Source of the DNA: Camelus dromedarius
Lineage: Eukaryota
Direction: 5' to 3'
DNA length: 64,000 nucleotides
NCBI RefSeq assembly: GCF_036321535.1
Contig: NC_087436.1
Coordinates: forward strand, 95,110,001-95,174,000
Made by a program: the position numbers and the translations under genes. Below, piece after piece: positions 14,356 through 29,287 of the stretch. Below the pieces are notes generated by a model, which saw nothing but the letters and a program-made list of their open reading frames with translations, ran no database searches and had not been told where the DNA came from. Each line of letters begins with the position of its first letter. The stretch's first letter is position 1.

Positions 14356-14729
14356 TGCTATGGAATGAATGTTTGTATCATTCCAAAATTCATATGTTGA
14401 AGCCTAATCCCCAGTGTGATGGTATTTGGAGGTAGAGACTTAGGGAAGTAATTCATTCATAAGGGTGGAACCCACATGAATGAGATTAGTGCCCTTATAA
14501 GACAAGGCATAAGAGAGCTTGCTTCTTCTCTCTGTGTTCTCTGCCTTGTAAGGATGCAATGAGAAGACAGCCAACTGTGAACCAGGAAGCCAGCTCTCAC
14601 TAGACTTTGGATCTGCCAGCACCTTGATTTTAGACTTCCCAGCTTCCAGAATTGGAGAAATAAATGTTTGTTGTTTAAGTCACCTTGTCTATGGCATATT
14701 TGTTACCACAGCCCAAACTGACTAAGACA
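14356..14729 (+). mobile_element. MLT1A-like MaLR solo LTR
   Basis: tgctatgg…ccaaaattcatatgttgaa…aataaatgtttgttgtttaag…gactaagaca. Confidence 0.9.
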
Positions 14730-16119
14730 CATTTTTCTATTCTTTTTAACTGTTACATAATATTCCATATAGTTATTTATTTAGATGGTTCTAATTTTTC
14801 ACTATAGTCTACCCCTGCCTGATGAAGAGTCTTAAAAAATCCTTTATAGAGTGAATTCTTCTAAGTTAAAAATGTAAATTCCATCCATTTTAATGGACAA
14901 AATGTTTATGCACTTCTAAACCCCCAAATCATACTTATTTATGCAACAACACCAAATACCATTGAAATGGACACAATGACTTCTATGGTTAACGTGTCAT
15001 GATATAACTTGACCAGATATTCTCCATCATTAATTACTCTATAATATGGCTGTTTCCATTCTCTCATTCAATGTTTACAGATTGGACACTTAAGACTTTA
15101 ATGTATTTGTTCGTTCAACAAATAATTACTGAGTACCTACCATGTGCCAAGCACTGCATTGAGTGCTGGGAATATGGTAACAGACTAAAAAAAAAATTCC
15201 CTGTTTTATGGAAATTACATCTTAGCAAAAGAGATAAATAATAGATAAGTAAGATGCAAAGGATGGTAGACGGTGATGTATTATCCTATGGAGAAAAAAG
15301 CAAAGCAGAGAAAGGAAATATTGGGAGGGTTGCAATTTTATCTGGAGAGACCTCACAGAGAAGGTGGCTTTTGAAGAAAGACCTGAAAGAAATGAGGGAG
15401 GGAGCTGTGAAGCTGTCAGGAAGAAAATTATCCTATGTATCCCTGACTAAGATGCCCTCTAGGACCAAATAATTCTCTTTGACAGAAATGGCCAGAGTCT
15501 TTCTGCCCTGCAATTCATCATTTGGTTTCTTGACCTTTATCACATTTCCTGACAGCGGATTTTTCCCCTAAAGATAGCAGACAAGCGCTTTCTTGCCGAA
15601 GTGTCAAAAGGCAATCACAGTTTTCCGTGAGAAATGGATCACTCAGCATGAGAGTTATAACATGAGGGAGAATGGGACACACAGGCTACTCACTCTCTCT
15701 TGGGATCAGAGGCATCAGCAGGAAAAATGTGGTTAGCCTCCTGACAGGGAGATTTGTGGAGCAATTTGTCTCTGCCTGGGGCCACAGGACAGAGAGAGGA
15801 GAGCCCAGGTATTAGCTGGAAGAGAAGAACTCAACCCAAGGGAAAATGGGCAACTTTTCCTTTTTATGACCAGGTATCTGCTTATCTGTGGGCTCTGGCT
15901 AGCATTTTATACACTGCCTGGGTATGAATCCTAGTTCTTGCACTTATCAGTTGGGTGACCTAAGGCAAATTATTTAATCTCTCTAAGCTTCACTTTTCAT
16001 TCATAAAATGGATATAATAGTCACTATCATTTCATAAGGTTGACATTAGCGATTAAACGAGATCATGGAGGTAAAGTGTCTGGAGCACACTAAGTACTTA
16101 GTAAATAATCACCTTGTCC

Positions 16120-16355
16120 CCACCCCCACCATCATCACCACCACCACCAAAATCATCATTGTCACCACCACCACCACCGTCATCGTCACCACCACCACCA
16201 TCATCATCGTCACCACCACCACCATCATCATCACCACCACCATTATCATCATCACCACCACAACCATCATCGTCACCACCACCACCATCATCATCACCAC
16301 CACCATCATCATCATTACCACCACCATCATTTCTACACCACTACCACAACCATCA
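16120..16355. repeat. Compound (CAC)n/(CAT)n trinucleotide repeat
   Basis: Seen directly; explains the Thr/Ile-, Pro/Ser- and Val/Met-rich ORFs in three frames. Confidence 0.95.
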
Positions 16356-18445
16356 CTTTTTGGGCTTAACAGGGAGCAGCACCAAGTTCAGGGACAAGTA
16401 GGCATTACTGAGTACATCTTTCAAACATTTATCAGTATCTCACAACACCTGGTACTGAAGATTCAGTGGAGAGGCTGCCTAAAGTTGGTAATCTTTAAGG
16501 CAAGGGAAGCATAAAACAACCCCAAGCTCCAGGCAGGCAGTAGAGGGTTAAGGATTTTCAGGAAGGGTAGTGATTTGCAAATGGGCTTCCCCCTGGCACC
16601 AGTGAAGGGGGAGTGGGAGCTGGGAGCGGGAGGAGGAAATGGAGCCACTTTAGGACTATCAAAGGAACCTGTGAGTCAGGCAGCTGTGATGAAGTTGACC
16701 AGGAAGCTGCCGGATGGAAATGTCTGTGAAGCAGGGAAGAGGCCTCTGGTAGAACCACCCAGGGGCCCAATAACCTCGTATGGCTTCGTTCTGTGTCTCT
16801 TTGGTCCCAGTGTGTTCTCAGTTGCGTGGAAACCATCAAAGTTGTCGACCAAATCTTTCAGCTACAAATCTACCTAATGTTGCAAAGAGAGCTAAACATA
16901 CAAGTGTTTGAATGTCTCTAAAAATAACTTGTTACTTTTGCTGGGAGGCTCTGCATAATAGTTTACAATGTTAGCTGGTCAGGTCAAATTGACGTGGGTT
17001 TGAATCCTGGCTCTGTTTTACTAGTTGTGCCACATGGAATGAGTTACATAACTTCTCTGGGTCTAAATGTTCTCATTTGGGCAGTGGAATTTGTAATAAT
17101 ATCTACCCAAAAGGGTACTTATGGAGATTAAATGGGATAATGCATATAAAACACTCAACACAGTGTCCAGCACACAGTAAATACATATTAGTGATTATTA
17201 TTGGAATCTTTTGGATAGATTGTTTTCTGGTGACATAAATGGGGAAAGGAAAGTATAAATGTAGAGAAAGAGAAAGGGAAGAAGAGGAGACACAAAAAAG
17301 AGAGGCAGGATGTTAAAAGCTGATCCTGGAAGAGAGGCCCTTAATGACAGTCGTCAAAGAAGTTCTGAGAGAGGAAAAAGGGTAACGATGGCAGAGACTC
17401 AGAGGCAGAGAATTAGATTTGCTTTTTCGCCAAGGTTTCATCCATCTGCTCTTGGCTTCTGTGCTGGTTTTTTCCTCCAAATGGCAGCTCTAGAAACCTA
17501 GTAGTGAAACCCATGGCAGGGAGACAGACCGTTTCTGAATCACCCTAAACCTCTGTGCTCAGTGAAGGCATATATGAAACGTATGTAAAATTCTTTTGCA
17601 GTATGGGATTTCTTTGAGACCAACAGAAGAGACAGGTCTGTCGAGTGAGTCAGCGGTGACCACAGGCAGACATAATCCTATTGCTTTTTGGCTGACAGCT
17701 CATGCAGAGAAAAATACTCTCTGATGCAGACAAAGGTAAATGCAGCTTCAATGCCAACACAAAATTCTCACTCGCCACAATCAGCTTCTATTCACAGTCT
17801 ATGCTGACCCCAGGCACCAGAAATATCAGAAACACAACGGATTTCTTACTGTTGGGTTGCAACAGGTTAATCATTGCTAAAGGTAAAATGCTCAAAGGGT
17901 AGAAAAGTTCAGATTATTTTCGGGATCTGAATACACACATATACAAGAAAGAATCTCAGATTTGTTTAATAGCATGTATTGCAGTGGAGCATCTATTCTA
18001 GGTGAATATACAGAAAATAAACATAAACCTGAATAAGTTATGAGGTATCTAGAAAAATGGAACAAATCGTTGACCACATGATTTTTTTTCCCTTTAATGT
18101 GAAGAATGGCTGATCTGAATCCACTCCTATGGCTTTTTGAATTCTAATCAACTACAAAACCAAGGCAAAACTGCAGTTCTGAAATGAGTTTTCAGTATGA
18201 TCTCTTCTGATGTGCTTTTACAAACACAGTAATTTAAGAAACCAAGTTGAAGCCTGGATCTGAATATCAGAATGTAGAGCATGCTTAAGAGGAAGACCAA
18301 AGGGCAATTTTTACATTACAAAAATTAGCTTAACCCTGAAGGATAACTGCTTTTATAAAATCAAATACAGATTGAAGTCATGTGGTAAAATCCATCCCAT
18401 CTGTTCAGCATACATACATACCTACATTGCTATATATATATATAT

Positions 18446-18490
<45 letters not shown>

Positions 18491-19069
18491 GTAAGTATAC
18501 ATACATACCTTCTTTTTTTAGAAAAGAAGAAAAATAAGTTTATTTCACATTTTTGCTGAATTACTTCCTAAGACATTACATTGTGGACCGCTAGGATGGC
18601 TGTGACTGGAATATGCCTGCTTTTGTTACTAACTTGAACGCAGCCCAGCCGGGCTGTGCAGAAGCTGACTTCTCAGATGCACGAGCACCTCGGGGCAGCT
18701 GACTGGAGAAAGCACAGGAAACACTCATTTCTAGGTTCAGACTTCTCCCATATAATGAGCACTTTCCTTAGCCCGTCCAAGGCTGGTGCTTCTTCCCTTT
18801 GTGCTCTGCAGCTGAAGTCCATGCTTCCATAGCGGGTGTAGCTGAAGCAGCTCATCCTTGCCACCATCCCGGCGAGCCACACTGCTCATTTAACCATGGA
18901 CCTGAAGTACAGCACAGTGTGAGACTCAGAGAAAAGAGACTTCTGTCCTCAGTGGGATAGAATATTTAAGCTTAGGCCTTTGCTTTAAGATTTGGGACTC
19001 AATTTCACCTTCAGAGCTTTATGTATCAACACCCCAAAGTGGTTTTTCTTGGACGCATTTTGCTTTGAA

Positions 19070-21413
19070 TTTGAAATATGCTTTTGATGCTTTTTATTTA
19101 ATAAGGCACAGGTGCAGGACTTCATTCATTATTTAGACTAGAACTTCTTTTGCACTTGATCTCAGGAAAAAGAAAAAAACTGGCAGGCATATTCAGGGTA
19201 ATTGCATAGAGTGAAATGAATCCAATTTGTGTAAAGGATTATTGAAGGAATGCAAAACTTTCAAAGCAAGCCTGCTGAGTCATTCATTCATTCATTAACT
19301 GATTGCCATTTGCCTAGATCTGGAGCCTGTGCTTTCTAGGCTTTAAAGGCAAAGTAAAGAAGCAATTATTTAAAAGTGATGGTGAAAAACAGTACTGAAA
19401 AAGAGCAATCCTGAAGGGTGGATATATTTTAAGTGATTATTCTCTCCTAAAATAATGTAATTCACAGACTGTGGAGCTAGGCCCCAGGAATCATCTCTCA
19501 GACTGTGTTTCCACCTGGCAACATTCCATCACTAAAAGATATATATGTGCCATTTAAATAACGTCAACCACTTTTTAGAGAATAATTCTCTCTCTCCTTT
19601 TTTTTTTTTGGTGCAGATTTCTATTTTATGATAAAAAATTTTGCTATGCACTCAATGGGTGCTGTTAGGCTTCAAGTCTAATTTTGGGGATCTAGCTCCT
19701 CTGAAACTATGTTTCTTTTACATTTCCAGTTAATGTCTATAAATCCATCTGATGCTAAAAAAGTCTGATGTGAAGAAATCGTAAATCTAAATCCTTTCTT
19801 CTGCTCTGAACATAAGAAGTGTAAAATTTACGAAGAGGTAATAAATGCAACATTTTTATCAGTTAATTGTTCTCTAGACTTAGTAGCAGAAACATTTCAG
19901 GCAATCCAAAAGCAAGTAGGAAAAACCATCTTTAATTGATTCCTCAGAGCAATTTTTTTTCTAGATTATAAATAAATTCTTGTATTTTTCATTTGGTTGT
20001 TTCAGGAGATATACCAATGAAACAAAGGATATAGGAAAATGAAATGTTAGTAAGTAGGATGATATTCAAATATCTGTACTTTGCCTGGGTGGAACAAAGG
20101 CAGTCTACTCTATCAGAGGAATAAAAGCAAATGTGAATGAGGGATTTTCACCCTGGCAAAAATACAGGCTTCACTTGGCCTGGAGAGAGCCACTGGGCAA
20201 GACGTCTTGTGACAGTACCTGTAGGGATGTTAATGGTCTCTGAAATAGGAATATGGTACAGAACCCCCAGCCGGAGTGACGTGTGGGGCTCAGGGCAGAA
20301 GTGTCCATTGACAAAGCCTCTCCTGGCTGCAGGGTCTTCTGTGCAGCTTCGTGGACTGTGAAACCATGTAGTCATCCACACATCAGCACTGTCTGTCTTT
20401 AGAAGCAATGATGCCATTTGCCACCGGCGAGTGTGACCTGTGCATTCATGGAACAGCGTGACTCAACTGTAGTGGATTTAAAAGTGCATCCCTGGGGCTC
20501 TGCCGTGTTGGGCTCCCTTCCATCTGCTGTTCGCGTATGTGCAGGCTTTGTGACTACACTCTCGTGTGTGTATGGCCCTAAGAAGTCAACTTCATACAAA
20601 ATATTCTTTAGTATCCCTTTTCATATATGTTTTCACTCCAGATGTAAAGTTTGGGATAAAAAAGTTCAAGAAGTGTGAGAAAAAATACAATCAACTGAAA
20701 AGTAAAACATTAAAAAAAAAAAAACAAACCCACTAGTATACTTTGTTCTTCAATTTTTTTCAGGTTTAAAAAATTTATTAGTATTTTAAAGTATTTTAGG
20801 AATTATTATAAATCCTTTTTCAGACTAGCTGCCTCTATTGGGGTGAGAGCATGTTCCTCTATTGTGAGCACACAGTAAGAGCTCAATAAATGCTTATTTT
20901 GAGAATAAATGACAATAAAGAGATACTTATGTTCCTCTTTCACCATCATTGGTAAAATCTGTAAGTAGTGTTATCTCTACCCATGGTATTTATAAAACAA
21001 AACTAAGTTCAGTATAAGAATTGATTTAAAGTCATATTATAAGAATGGGGAACTTAAAAGTGGAAATTTAAAGTCAAAGGTCTGCCCAGGAATTTCTAAA
21101 TGTAGTGTGCTTGAGCAGGAAAATGGAAATGAGTATTTGTGAGTGAACTTCAGATTAAAGAAAATTATCAATACAAAGCTGTGTAAGTTTAAATTAACAT
21201 TAAGGAAACATAATTATTTGTAAAATAACCATATACATTAAGAGAAATGATATTCTCTTTAAACTTGCATTCTCAATACTGTCCGTGCAAAATTGCTTAT
21301 AGTGTCTTCAAACGGGCATCTGTGGCCAGGGGCGTGGAAAACATCCCATGAAATGGTATGTAACAATGCACCAGGGCCTGCCGTTTCCTTGAACTCCATG
21401 GAGTCTGGCCAGG
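19070..21413 (-). other. FAM114A1: FAM114A1 3' UTR (end approximate)
   Basis: AT-rich, largely non-repetitive sequence downstream of the stop. Minus-strand AATAAA at 19098-19093, with an alternative at 18544-18539. Confidence 0.5.
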
Positions 21414-21545
<132 letters not shown>

Positions 21546-21772
21546 TTATCGTCAGAGTTCCATCTTGACAGTTCTTCCAATTTGATAATGTTCCTTCTTC
21601 TCAAACCCCACACTATTTTTTGGATGTTTTTCTTTTAATGTTGGTGCTTAAAGCAAATGTAAATGCTTTTCTTCAGATGGAGTACCTCCAGCTCTGAATT
21701 ATCTATGCTAACAGAAGAATTCACTTAAAACGAGGCAAGCCATTTCCATAGACTTTTAGGATATATCGAGAT

Positions 21773-21822
<50 letters not shown>

Positions 21823-23286
21823 ATATTCATGATCCAATGTCCAGTCTTACTTATCCTCTTTTCAGATCAACCCCACTGCTCTGAAATAACATAAAAGCAA
21901 AGCATGTAGGAGGCTGTAGTTTGTCCCAGCCTATAGCTGAATAAACAAGAATGGGCTCCTGGAGATACCACTGTGTAATTATTTACGGCAAATCCTTGAA
22001 CGCCGTCATCCTCCCATGGATGTTGGTACCTTCTCCTTGGTTTGGATATTCGATGTTGCTAGTCACGTTGTGGTGCTCTAACATACAGTATTTGACAAGA
22101 GGCTATTTAAAGTTTCAGGTAATTAGAACAGGAGAAAACTTCCACTGGGGGAATAAATAAACATTTGACTTCATATTCTTCATGAGTGACACGGTAATTG
22201 ATCTGCTAATGCCTTTTGGATGGCCAAGGGGGAGATTTTCTCATTCTGTATTCTGCCTCTGACTGCCTGGGTTTCCTCTTAGCTGCCACTATGGTCCCTT
22301 GTCCCTTCTTTTCAACTCCATCCCCCGTGTGGCTGTGTCTTAAGGAATAACACTTAGTGTCACCACTTTGTTACTCCTGTACCCTGGTAGTTTCCCTTAA
22401 CAGTAAGACCCAATTCCTAAATGCATTGCTATCAATATACAGGTAGCTCTCCCTTGAGGTTTTGTCATTTCCAAATTTTGCATTTGACGGCTACTTCAGA
22501 CAGCGAACAACTACTGTATACGCACTGCCCATGTTCAGACTTAACTTGCTACCACCCTGTGGCTTCAGCTGGGTTCCCTGGGGCTACAGATGTGCGAGTT
22601 CCTTATGGTTTGGTCCCTAATAGAAGGTTTTCCTCCACTGGCCACAGGTGGAACACAGTGCCTATGACTCATAAGTGAGACCTCCTGCACTGCTTTTCTT
22701 CTCTCTTACATCACTGCTTCTGGCAAAGCCACAGCGGCGAGGGGCAGCTGTGTATCTGGGTTACAAAGCCCTGGCCCACGAAGTGAGTGCTGTGGTCCTA
22801 GAGGATCTTGCCTCTGGTCACTGAACAGGCAGTTGCTTAGGATTCTACTTGTCATTTCTGCCAGTCTGGAGCTTAGACCTAACTAAACCAAAAGTAATCG
22901 TGAATGGAGGGAAGTGTCCATTTTTACAAAAATCACCCTTGTGCAAGAATCTGTCGTTGCAGTCAGTAATCACAGTGTTAAATCTGGTGTCAAACTTGGC
23001 AGCAGAAATGTGCTTCTGCCAGGGAAACAGTGACAGAAATAATGTGCAAGCTTAGCATTTCTCTTTATAATCAGGAATTCTTGAAAATTAGGTATTGTAG
23101 CTTCACCCGAGGGTTTAACAGCTGGTTGAGCTACACAGATGTACTCAAAAAACGCTGTCGACGATAAAATTTAGAATTGCAATGACATTTGCTGCCTGGG
23201 AAAGAGACCAAAAAAAAAAAAAAAAAAAAGTAGCTCTATCATTTGCTTTGATTCACAAGCATTTTCTCTCCGGAGGGTCCACTTAC

Positions 23287-23340
23287 CTCTAACAATACAC
23301 TATTGATCATGGGGTTAAGGACCTCGGCCTTCTGGTGGCT
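23287..23340 (-). CDS. FAM114A1: FAM114A1 coding exon (SHQKAEVLNPMINSVLLE), 54 bp
   Basis: cag/gtaagt boundaries; matches recalled human SNKKAEVLNPMISSVLLE. Confidence 0.93.
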
Positions 23341-23667
23341 CTGTGGAATCAAAAGGATGAAACTGACAGATTAGGTGCTCATACCCCAAGGCTCGTCACA
23401 CACAGTGTCAGACGTGTAAGATGCCGGCTTTGCTCAGGGATCTCTTAGAGAAGGGGAGAAGTGGATGCTTACCGCAGACAAGGCTTCAGAGCTGGTGCTT
23501 CCCCCACACGATATCATTTAATTTCGACAGAAAACTTGGGAAGTAGCTAGGGTTCACAATAACCCTAACTTGAGAAAATGGGAATCAGGAAGGTTGAGTA
23601 ACTTGACTAAGGTCACAAAGTTAGAACTGTAAACTCAGACCTTTCTACTCCTTCGAGCTTGTAGCAA

Positions 23668-23912
23668 GTCTGGGATTAGGGGGAGGTGAGGGAGGCTGAG
23701 TTGTACAGGGTTGGACTCAGTCTTTACTTAAAATTTTGATATTTTGTTCGTCTTGATTTTTTGGTATTCATCTTGATTTTTAAACATATTGCACTAAAAT
23801 ACCTATCTAGAAGACTGAGGTTGTTTCTTTGTGTTTCTGTTGGGGGTGGGGGTTCCCTTAAATTTTGTAGGCATATTAAGTTCCTTTACTTGTGTCCCCT
23901 AGTCCCAGCCCA
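23668..23912. mobile_element. hAT-family MITE (MER96B-like)
   Basis: Terminal inverted repeats ctgggattagggg / cccctagtcccagccc; internal aaaattttgatattttgttc segment. Confidence 0.65.
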
Positions 23913-24857
23913 GGTCTGTAGTCTTTTTTATTTTAAATGCAAACTTGGGTACTTGATTATAGGGTGTGTCTTCCAGATTAGCAGCAAAGTTAAAATGCTC
24001 TAAAATATAACTTGCAAACACGTTGGTACATCTTGGTTCCAAGACATGAATATATGTAAAGCGCAGACTACAGAGCCTGGTATTAAGGAGGTGTTCAAAA
24101 AGTGAGAACTGGTGTTAGTGTCATCATTATTACTATGTCCACTATTGGTCCATCAATCAACAGTCTTCTCTATCTAATGTTCAATCCACTCTTAGGCAAT
24201 AAATAATTAAACGGACTAGCAAGAGAGAGGCAACCTTAAAAGACTGCTTGCCTCACTCTACTTGAAAGACTTTATGGTGAACAAAAGCATATAAACGAAA
24301 CACATCTTCCCAGAGCAGCCCACTTGCACTGGCATCGCTCTCCTGAGGGCTAAGTAATGTCTTACTAGGGAAACCATAATGGAGTCTTGGGAAAAAGCTC
24401 TTTAAAAACCCAGTCATTTTAGAGAATCACCAGAAAATCCATTATGGTTTGCTTTCATGTTTATTTGATTATCAATAAACCTCTAAAATATAATCAAAAT
24501 GAGGGCAATAAAATGACATTGGTTTTCAGAATCAATGAGATGTGCAAGCAATTTAAATAGAGTCTGGAGAGCAATACACACTCATTAACTTCAAGATATG
24601 AATAATGGCTCTTTTAGAGATGAGAAATAACGACTTGATGTGAATGATTCATCAGTGCACAAGACGGCGGGTACTGTGGTGAGATAGCAGATCAGTAAAT
24701 GCGATTTAGATTCGGCTTTTTCTTTCTCCAGAAGATAACTTGTGTGTTCCTGATTTTGTGCATGCAATCATTTGTACACGTGTGTGTATGTGTGTATTCT
24801 GTGTGTAAGTGTGTGTGTATAGATACTCATTCAAGTACATATTTATCCTCTGGAGCT

Positions 24858-25018
24858 TTGCTATTCAAGACGTAGAATGTGAATCAGGAGCTCTGTTACT
24901 ACCTGGGAGCTTGTTAGAAATGCAGAATCTCAGTCCTCATCCCAGACCCACTGAATCAAAAACCTGCGTTTTAATAAGATCTCTAGGTGATTTGCTTGCA
25001 CATTAAGGTTTGAGAACC
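24858..25018. mobile_element. MER5A (hAT-Charlie) fragment, followed by an MLT1 3' fragment to about 25182
   Basis: cctgggagcttgttagaaatgcagaatctcag…cccagacccactgaatca…aaggtttgagaacc. Confidence 0.8.
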
Positions 25019-26231
25019 TGGAAGAAACAGAGAAGGATCCTCCCCTAGAGGCTTCAGAGGAGGCATGGCTCTGCTAACCCCTTGCCTTTGGTCTTCTAGC
25101 CTCCAGAACGGTGAGATGATACATTCTGTCGTTCAAGCCCCCAGTTTATGCTGCTTGTTAATGCAGCCCTGGGCAACTAACACATTTATAACCCAAGCAC
25201 CCCAGTCCAAATAGGAAGTAAAACTTGCTGTTTCTCATGGAAAAACCCCCTGCCCTTAAATCAGGGCCTTAAAAGAAAAAGTAGAAAGATTAAAAAGGGC
25301 TAATTTCCACTTGTCTTCCCGAATCCCACTTTGTTACATAACATGAGTGACTTCTAATGAAAATAACCAGAAGCCACATCTCCAAATGAACACTAAGCCT
25401 TTCAAAGTTGTTACCTTGGAACAGAAACACTTCTACAGAGCGATAGGTATAATTTTTTCTTTCGGTGAAAGTTAAAATGCAACAATAAAACATGGACATT
25501 TCCAACTTGCATGGCTTATTAAACAGGCTTTGAGGGCAACAGTGAGTGTGAATATTAAAAATGACTTTTTTCCCATTCAAATGTTTATTTTTTAAAAAGG
25601 AACATGAAATATCCATTATCCTACACAACACTGTAAACTGACTATACGTCAATAGAAATAAATATATACAAAAAAAAAATCCATTATCTTTATGGCAAAT
25701 CTGTCCCCTTCTCTGGCTAAACAACCATTTTCATAATCTGTCTTGTATCATCAAGTGAGTATAAGATTACCACTCATACACACGCCCATGAATACTATAT
25801 TGTACTTCTGAGTTAGTTTTCAAAAATTCAGATAAATTTATCATTTTGTACTGCATCTTTTTCACACAAAAATGAATCATTTTAATAGAGATTTTTGAAT
25901 TATATATCCCAGATATTCAGTTATAGAAGGAAACCTCATTTGACTTTATAAAAAACAAATCAAGGAAATGAGGGCCAGAGAGGTTTGAAACTCCACCCGG
26001 TATCTCGTGCGTTTGAGACGCAGCAGCAGGGCTGGAGCGCAGTGAGACGAGCGCCCTGAGCCTCCTGTCGCTAGAGCAGGTGCTCTGACCTCGTTTTAGT
26101 AAATGTCACAGCGGGGCTTCTGCTTTGGGGAGCTGTCAAACGCGGCACTGCACCCTCCACTTCATCTCACAGCCCCTCATAGGCCATCCCCCTTAAAAAA
26201 GGTAAAGAAAGAATCAATATCATAATCTTAC

Positions 26232-26304
26232 CCCAACAGCGGTTAAAGTTCTTGTAAACTTCTCTGATAGGGTGGCCACTTCCTTGCACATTGCAGTAGT
26301 TAAT
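26232..26304 (-). CDS. FAM114A1: FAM114A1 coding exon (LTTAMCKEVATLSEKFTRTLTAVG), 73 bp
   Basis: Strong pyrimidine tract plus cag; gtaaga donor; phase 2-0. Confidence 0.94.
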
Positions 26305-28584
26305 CTGAAAGAAGAAAAAAAGAGGTTTGGGGATTTTTAATAAAGAAAAATAGTTGAACTACAACATAATTGTTGATATTAATACAGCATTCCCTTTAAA
26401 AGAACGGCACACACATTTGAAGATGTTCTATAGAAATGCTTTCCTCAGTAACCTTCCAGGATTCACAGTCACAGGTTACTTCTCCCCTACTGCTTTCTAG
26501 AATCAAAAGCATATGGAGGAAAAATACCAGGCTTGAGCTTCACATGTATAGGGTCTTGCCAAGTGATTTTTCTCCAGTTTTTCTGTTATTTAAAAATAAT
26601 AACGGACATTCACTGAGGTACTATGTTAAGTACTTTTGGGTGCATATTCACATTTAATCCTCATAATGACATTATTAGGATCCATTATTATTCCCATTTT
26701 ATAGATGAAGCAACTGACATTTAAGAAGGTTAAGTAACTTGCTTAGGACAAGTAGCAGGAAATGAAAGAGGGGGGATTCAAACTCAGATGTCCCTTGATA
26801 TCTTGATTATGTTTTTATTAGATGCCTCAGGATAAAACTCCTGTAGAATATGTTTTTCAGACTTATATCGAAACTCCACGTTTATTCCAGCCATTGCACT
26901 CCTAGGACTTAACCCCAAGAAAATAATGCAAGACAGACACAAATATTTAACAAAGCAATGCTCGTCATAACACTGCAGATGATGACAAAAACTGAAAACA
27001 ATCTAATTACCTAACAATGTATTGTCCGATTTTTTTAAACAATAAGTATATATGACTTTTATGAATAGTGATTAAAATGCTATTAGTAAAACAGTAACTC
27101 CAAGTTAAGAATCTTACATGTTAAAAGGTCTAGTGACGTCAGTGAGGTAAATCTCGGTTTTGTTTTGATAAATAGGATTCTGTCTAAGCTGTATGTTCAA
27201 GTTTGTTGAGCTATATCCATTTATCCATATACCCATCCACCCATCCAGAACTTATCTACAGAAAGGGTCAGGAGTAAGGCCAGGAGAGAGCTAAGAGCAT
27301 TTCTCTCTGTTCTCGGGCAGGTGGGTGAAGAGGCACTAATCATACAGACATACATGAGGCCTTGTTACCTTTTGCTTGGTGCCACCTGGTAAGGTGGGGA
27401 CAGTCAGGGGCTGGGGATCGGACAGGAGCTTAGGGTAAGGTCTTGCTTTCCATACTCAGGAGCTTCTGGCTTTAGCCCTCCTCTTTCAAATCAGCACCAC
27501 AAATATAAAACAGTGCTCAGATGTTTTCCTCAATATTTTAACCTTTTCTTATTCTGCTCTTTCCACTTCCTTCTATACAATGAGGTAAGTACATATTCTT
27601 TGTAGGCATTTTAAAGGCAGGACTTGTGTAGTTCTTATATTTTTGATTTTCACATGTTTAGGTATGAAAATCTAGACTAGATGACAAATCTGTACAAGTG
27701 AGGCAAAAATGCTACCAGTAGTACAAAGACACTAATAATGATTTTTTGGAAGGTCCTGCCACTAAAAATTTGCTCCCCAGCCTACAACGCCAAGTGCAGT
27801 AATAAACGAAGACTAGTTAGCTAGCGAAGTAAAGGAATGTGTTGAGCTCTGTATGTGTGTGTGTGTGCACGCGCGTGTGTGTGTATCCATATATTTTTAG
27901 GAGGCTCTTATTTTGGCTCCTGTGTCTGTGTAATAATGAGAGGGCATGTGGACTTGTGCTAATTGTCTATGCCACAGCACACAGTCATATGCATAAAAGT
28001 TAATGGCTTTTTTCTTCAGCTCCATAATCAACTATCTTAATGAATACTCCATACCAGCTATTTTCATTTATAGAACATAACATATTACACATTTTTATTT
28101 CACTAGATAAACTAATAATAGTAGATACCACTTACTGAAGAACAAACATATGACAGCAAACATGCACACACAAGCAGTCCACAGTGAACTGGCTGACACT
28201 GGTGACCATCACTGCCAGAATTCAGACTATGCAGAGTTGGTGTAAGTCCCTAGGAACAGTGGGGGTGTGTTTGCATATTTCTGTGAAGCCAGCTGAGAAG
28301 TCCAATAAGGTGTCCTTTCTCTATTTGTGTGGCATGTCGAAAATGTAATTATCTTCAAAAGTCTGTACTTCCAGATTCTGATCTATTAAAACAAACACTT
28401 AGCTCTGAATGATTTAAGGTATCTTCTCTTAAATCTCTTCATAAGTAATTTCTGGAATATTTAGCTAATTATTACTATTCTTGCTAACATGGTTCTTGAG
28501 AGTCCTTATTTCTTAAGATGACCATAGAACAATGGAATCAGTTAACTTGAATTCTGAATCTTTAAGACCTGAGGGTGTATACAT

Positions 28585-28630
<46 letters not shown>

Positions 28631-28707
28631 AGGGGGTGTTGTGGGCGTGCATTTGAATGGCACATATACATAAAACTGGAAAAATAAGAATTGAAAGTAA
28701 CATTTAC

Positions 28708-29063
28708 AAGACATAGAAACAACCTAAATGTCCATTAACAGATGACTGGATAAAGAAGCCGTGGTATATTTATACAATGGAATACTACTCAGCCATAAAA
28801 AGAATAAAATAATGCTATTTGCAGCAACATGGATGGACCTGGAGATCATCATTCTAACTGAAGTAAGCCAGAAAGAGAAAGAACAATACCACATGATATC
28901 ACTCATATGTGGAATCTGTTAAAAAAAAAGAAAGAAAGGACACTATATACTCATTTATAAAACAGAAACAGACTTGCAGACATAGTAAACAATCGTATGG
29001 TTACCGGGGAAAGTGGGTGGGTGCAAATGTTATCTACTATATATAAAAATAGATTTTAAAAAA
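28708..29063 (+). mobile_element. 5'-truncated L1 3' end inserted at a FAM114A1 splice donor
   Basis: Perfect 15-bp TSD gaaagtaacatttac at 28693-28707 and 29064-29078. Confidence 0.9.
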
Positions 29064-29077
29064 GAAAGTAACATTTA

Positions 29078-29287
<210 letters not shown>

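Noticed and set aside
16065..16514. 149-aa Thr/Ile-rich ORF and overlapping ORFs
   Set aside because: Products of a trinucleotide repeat.
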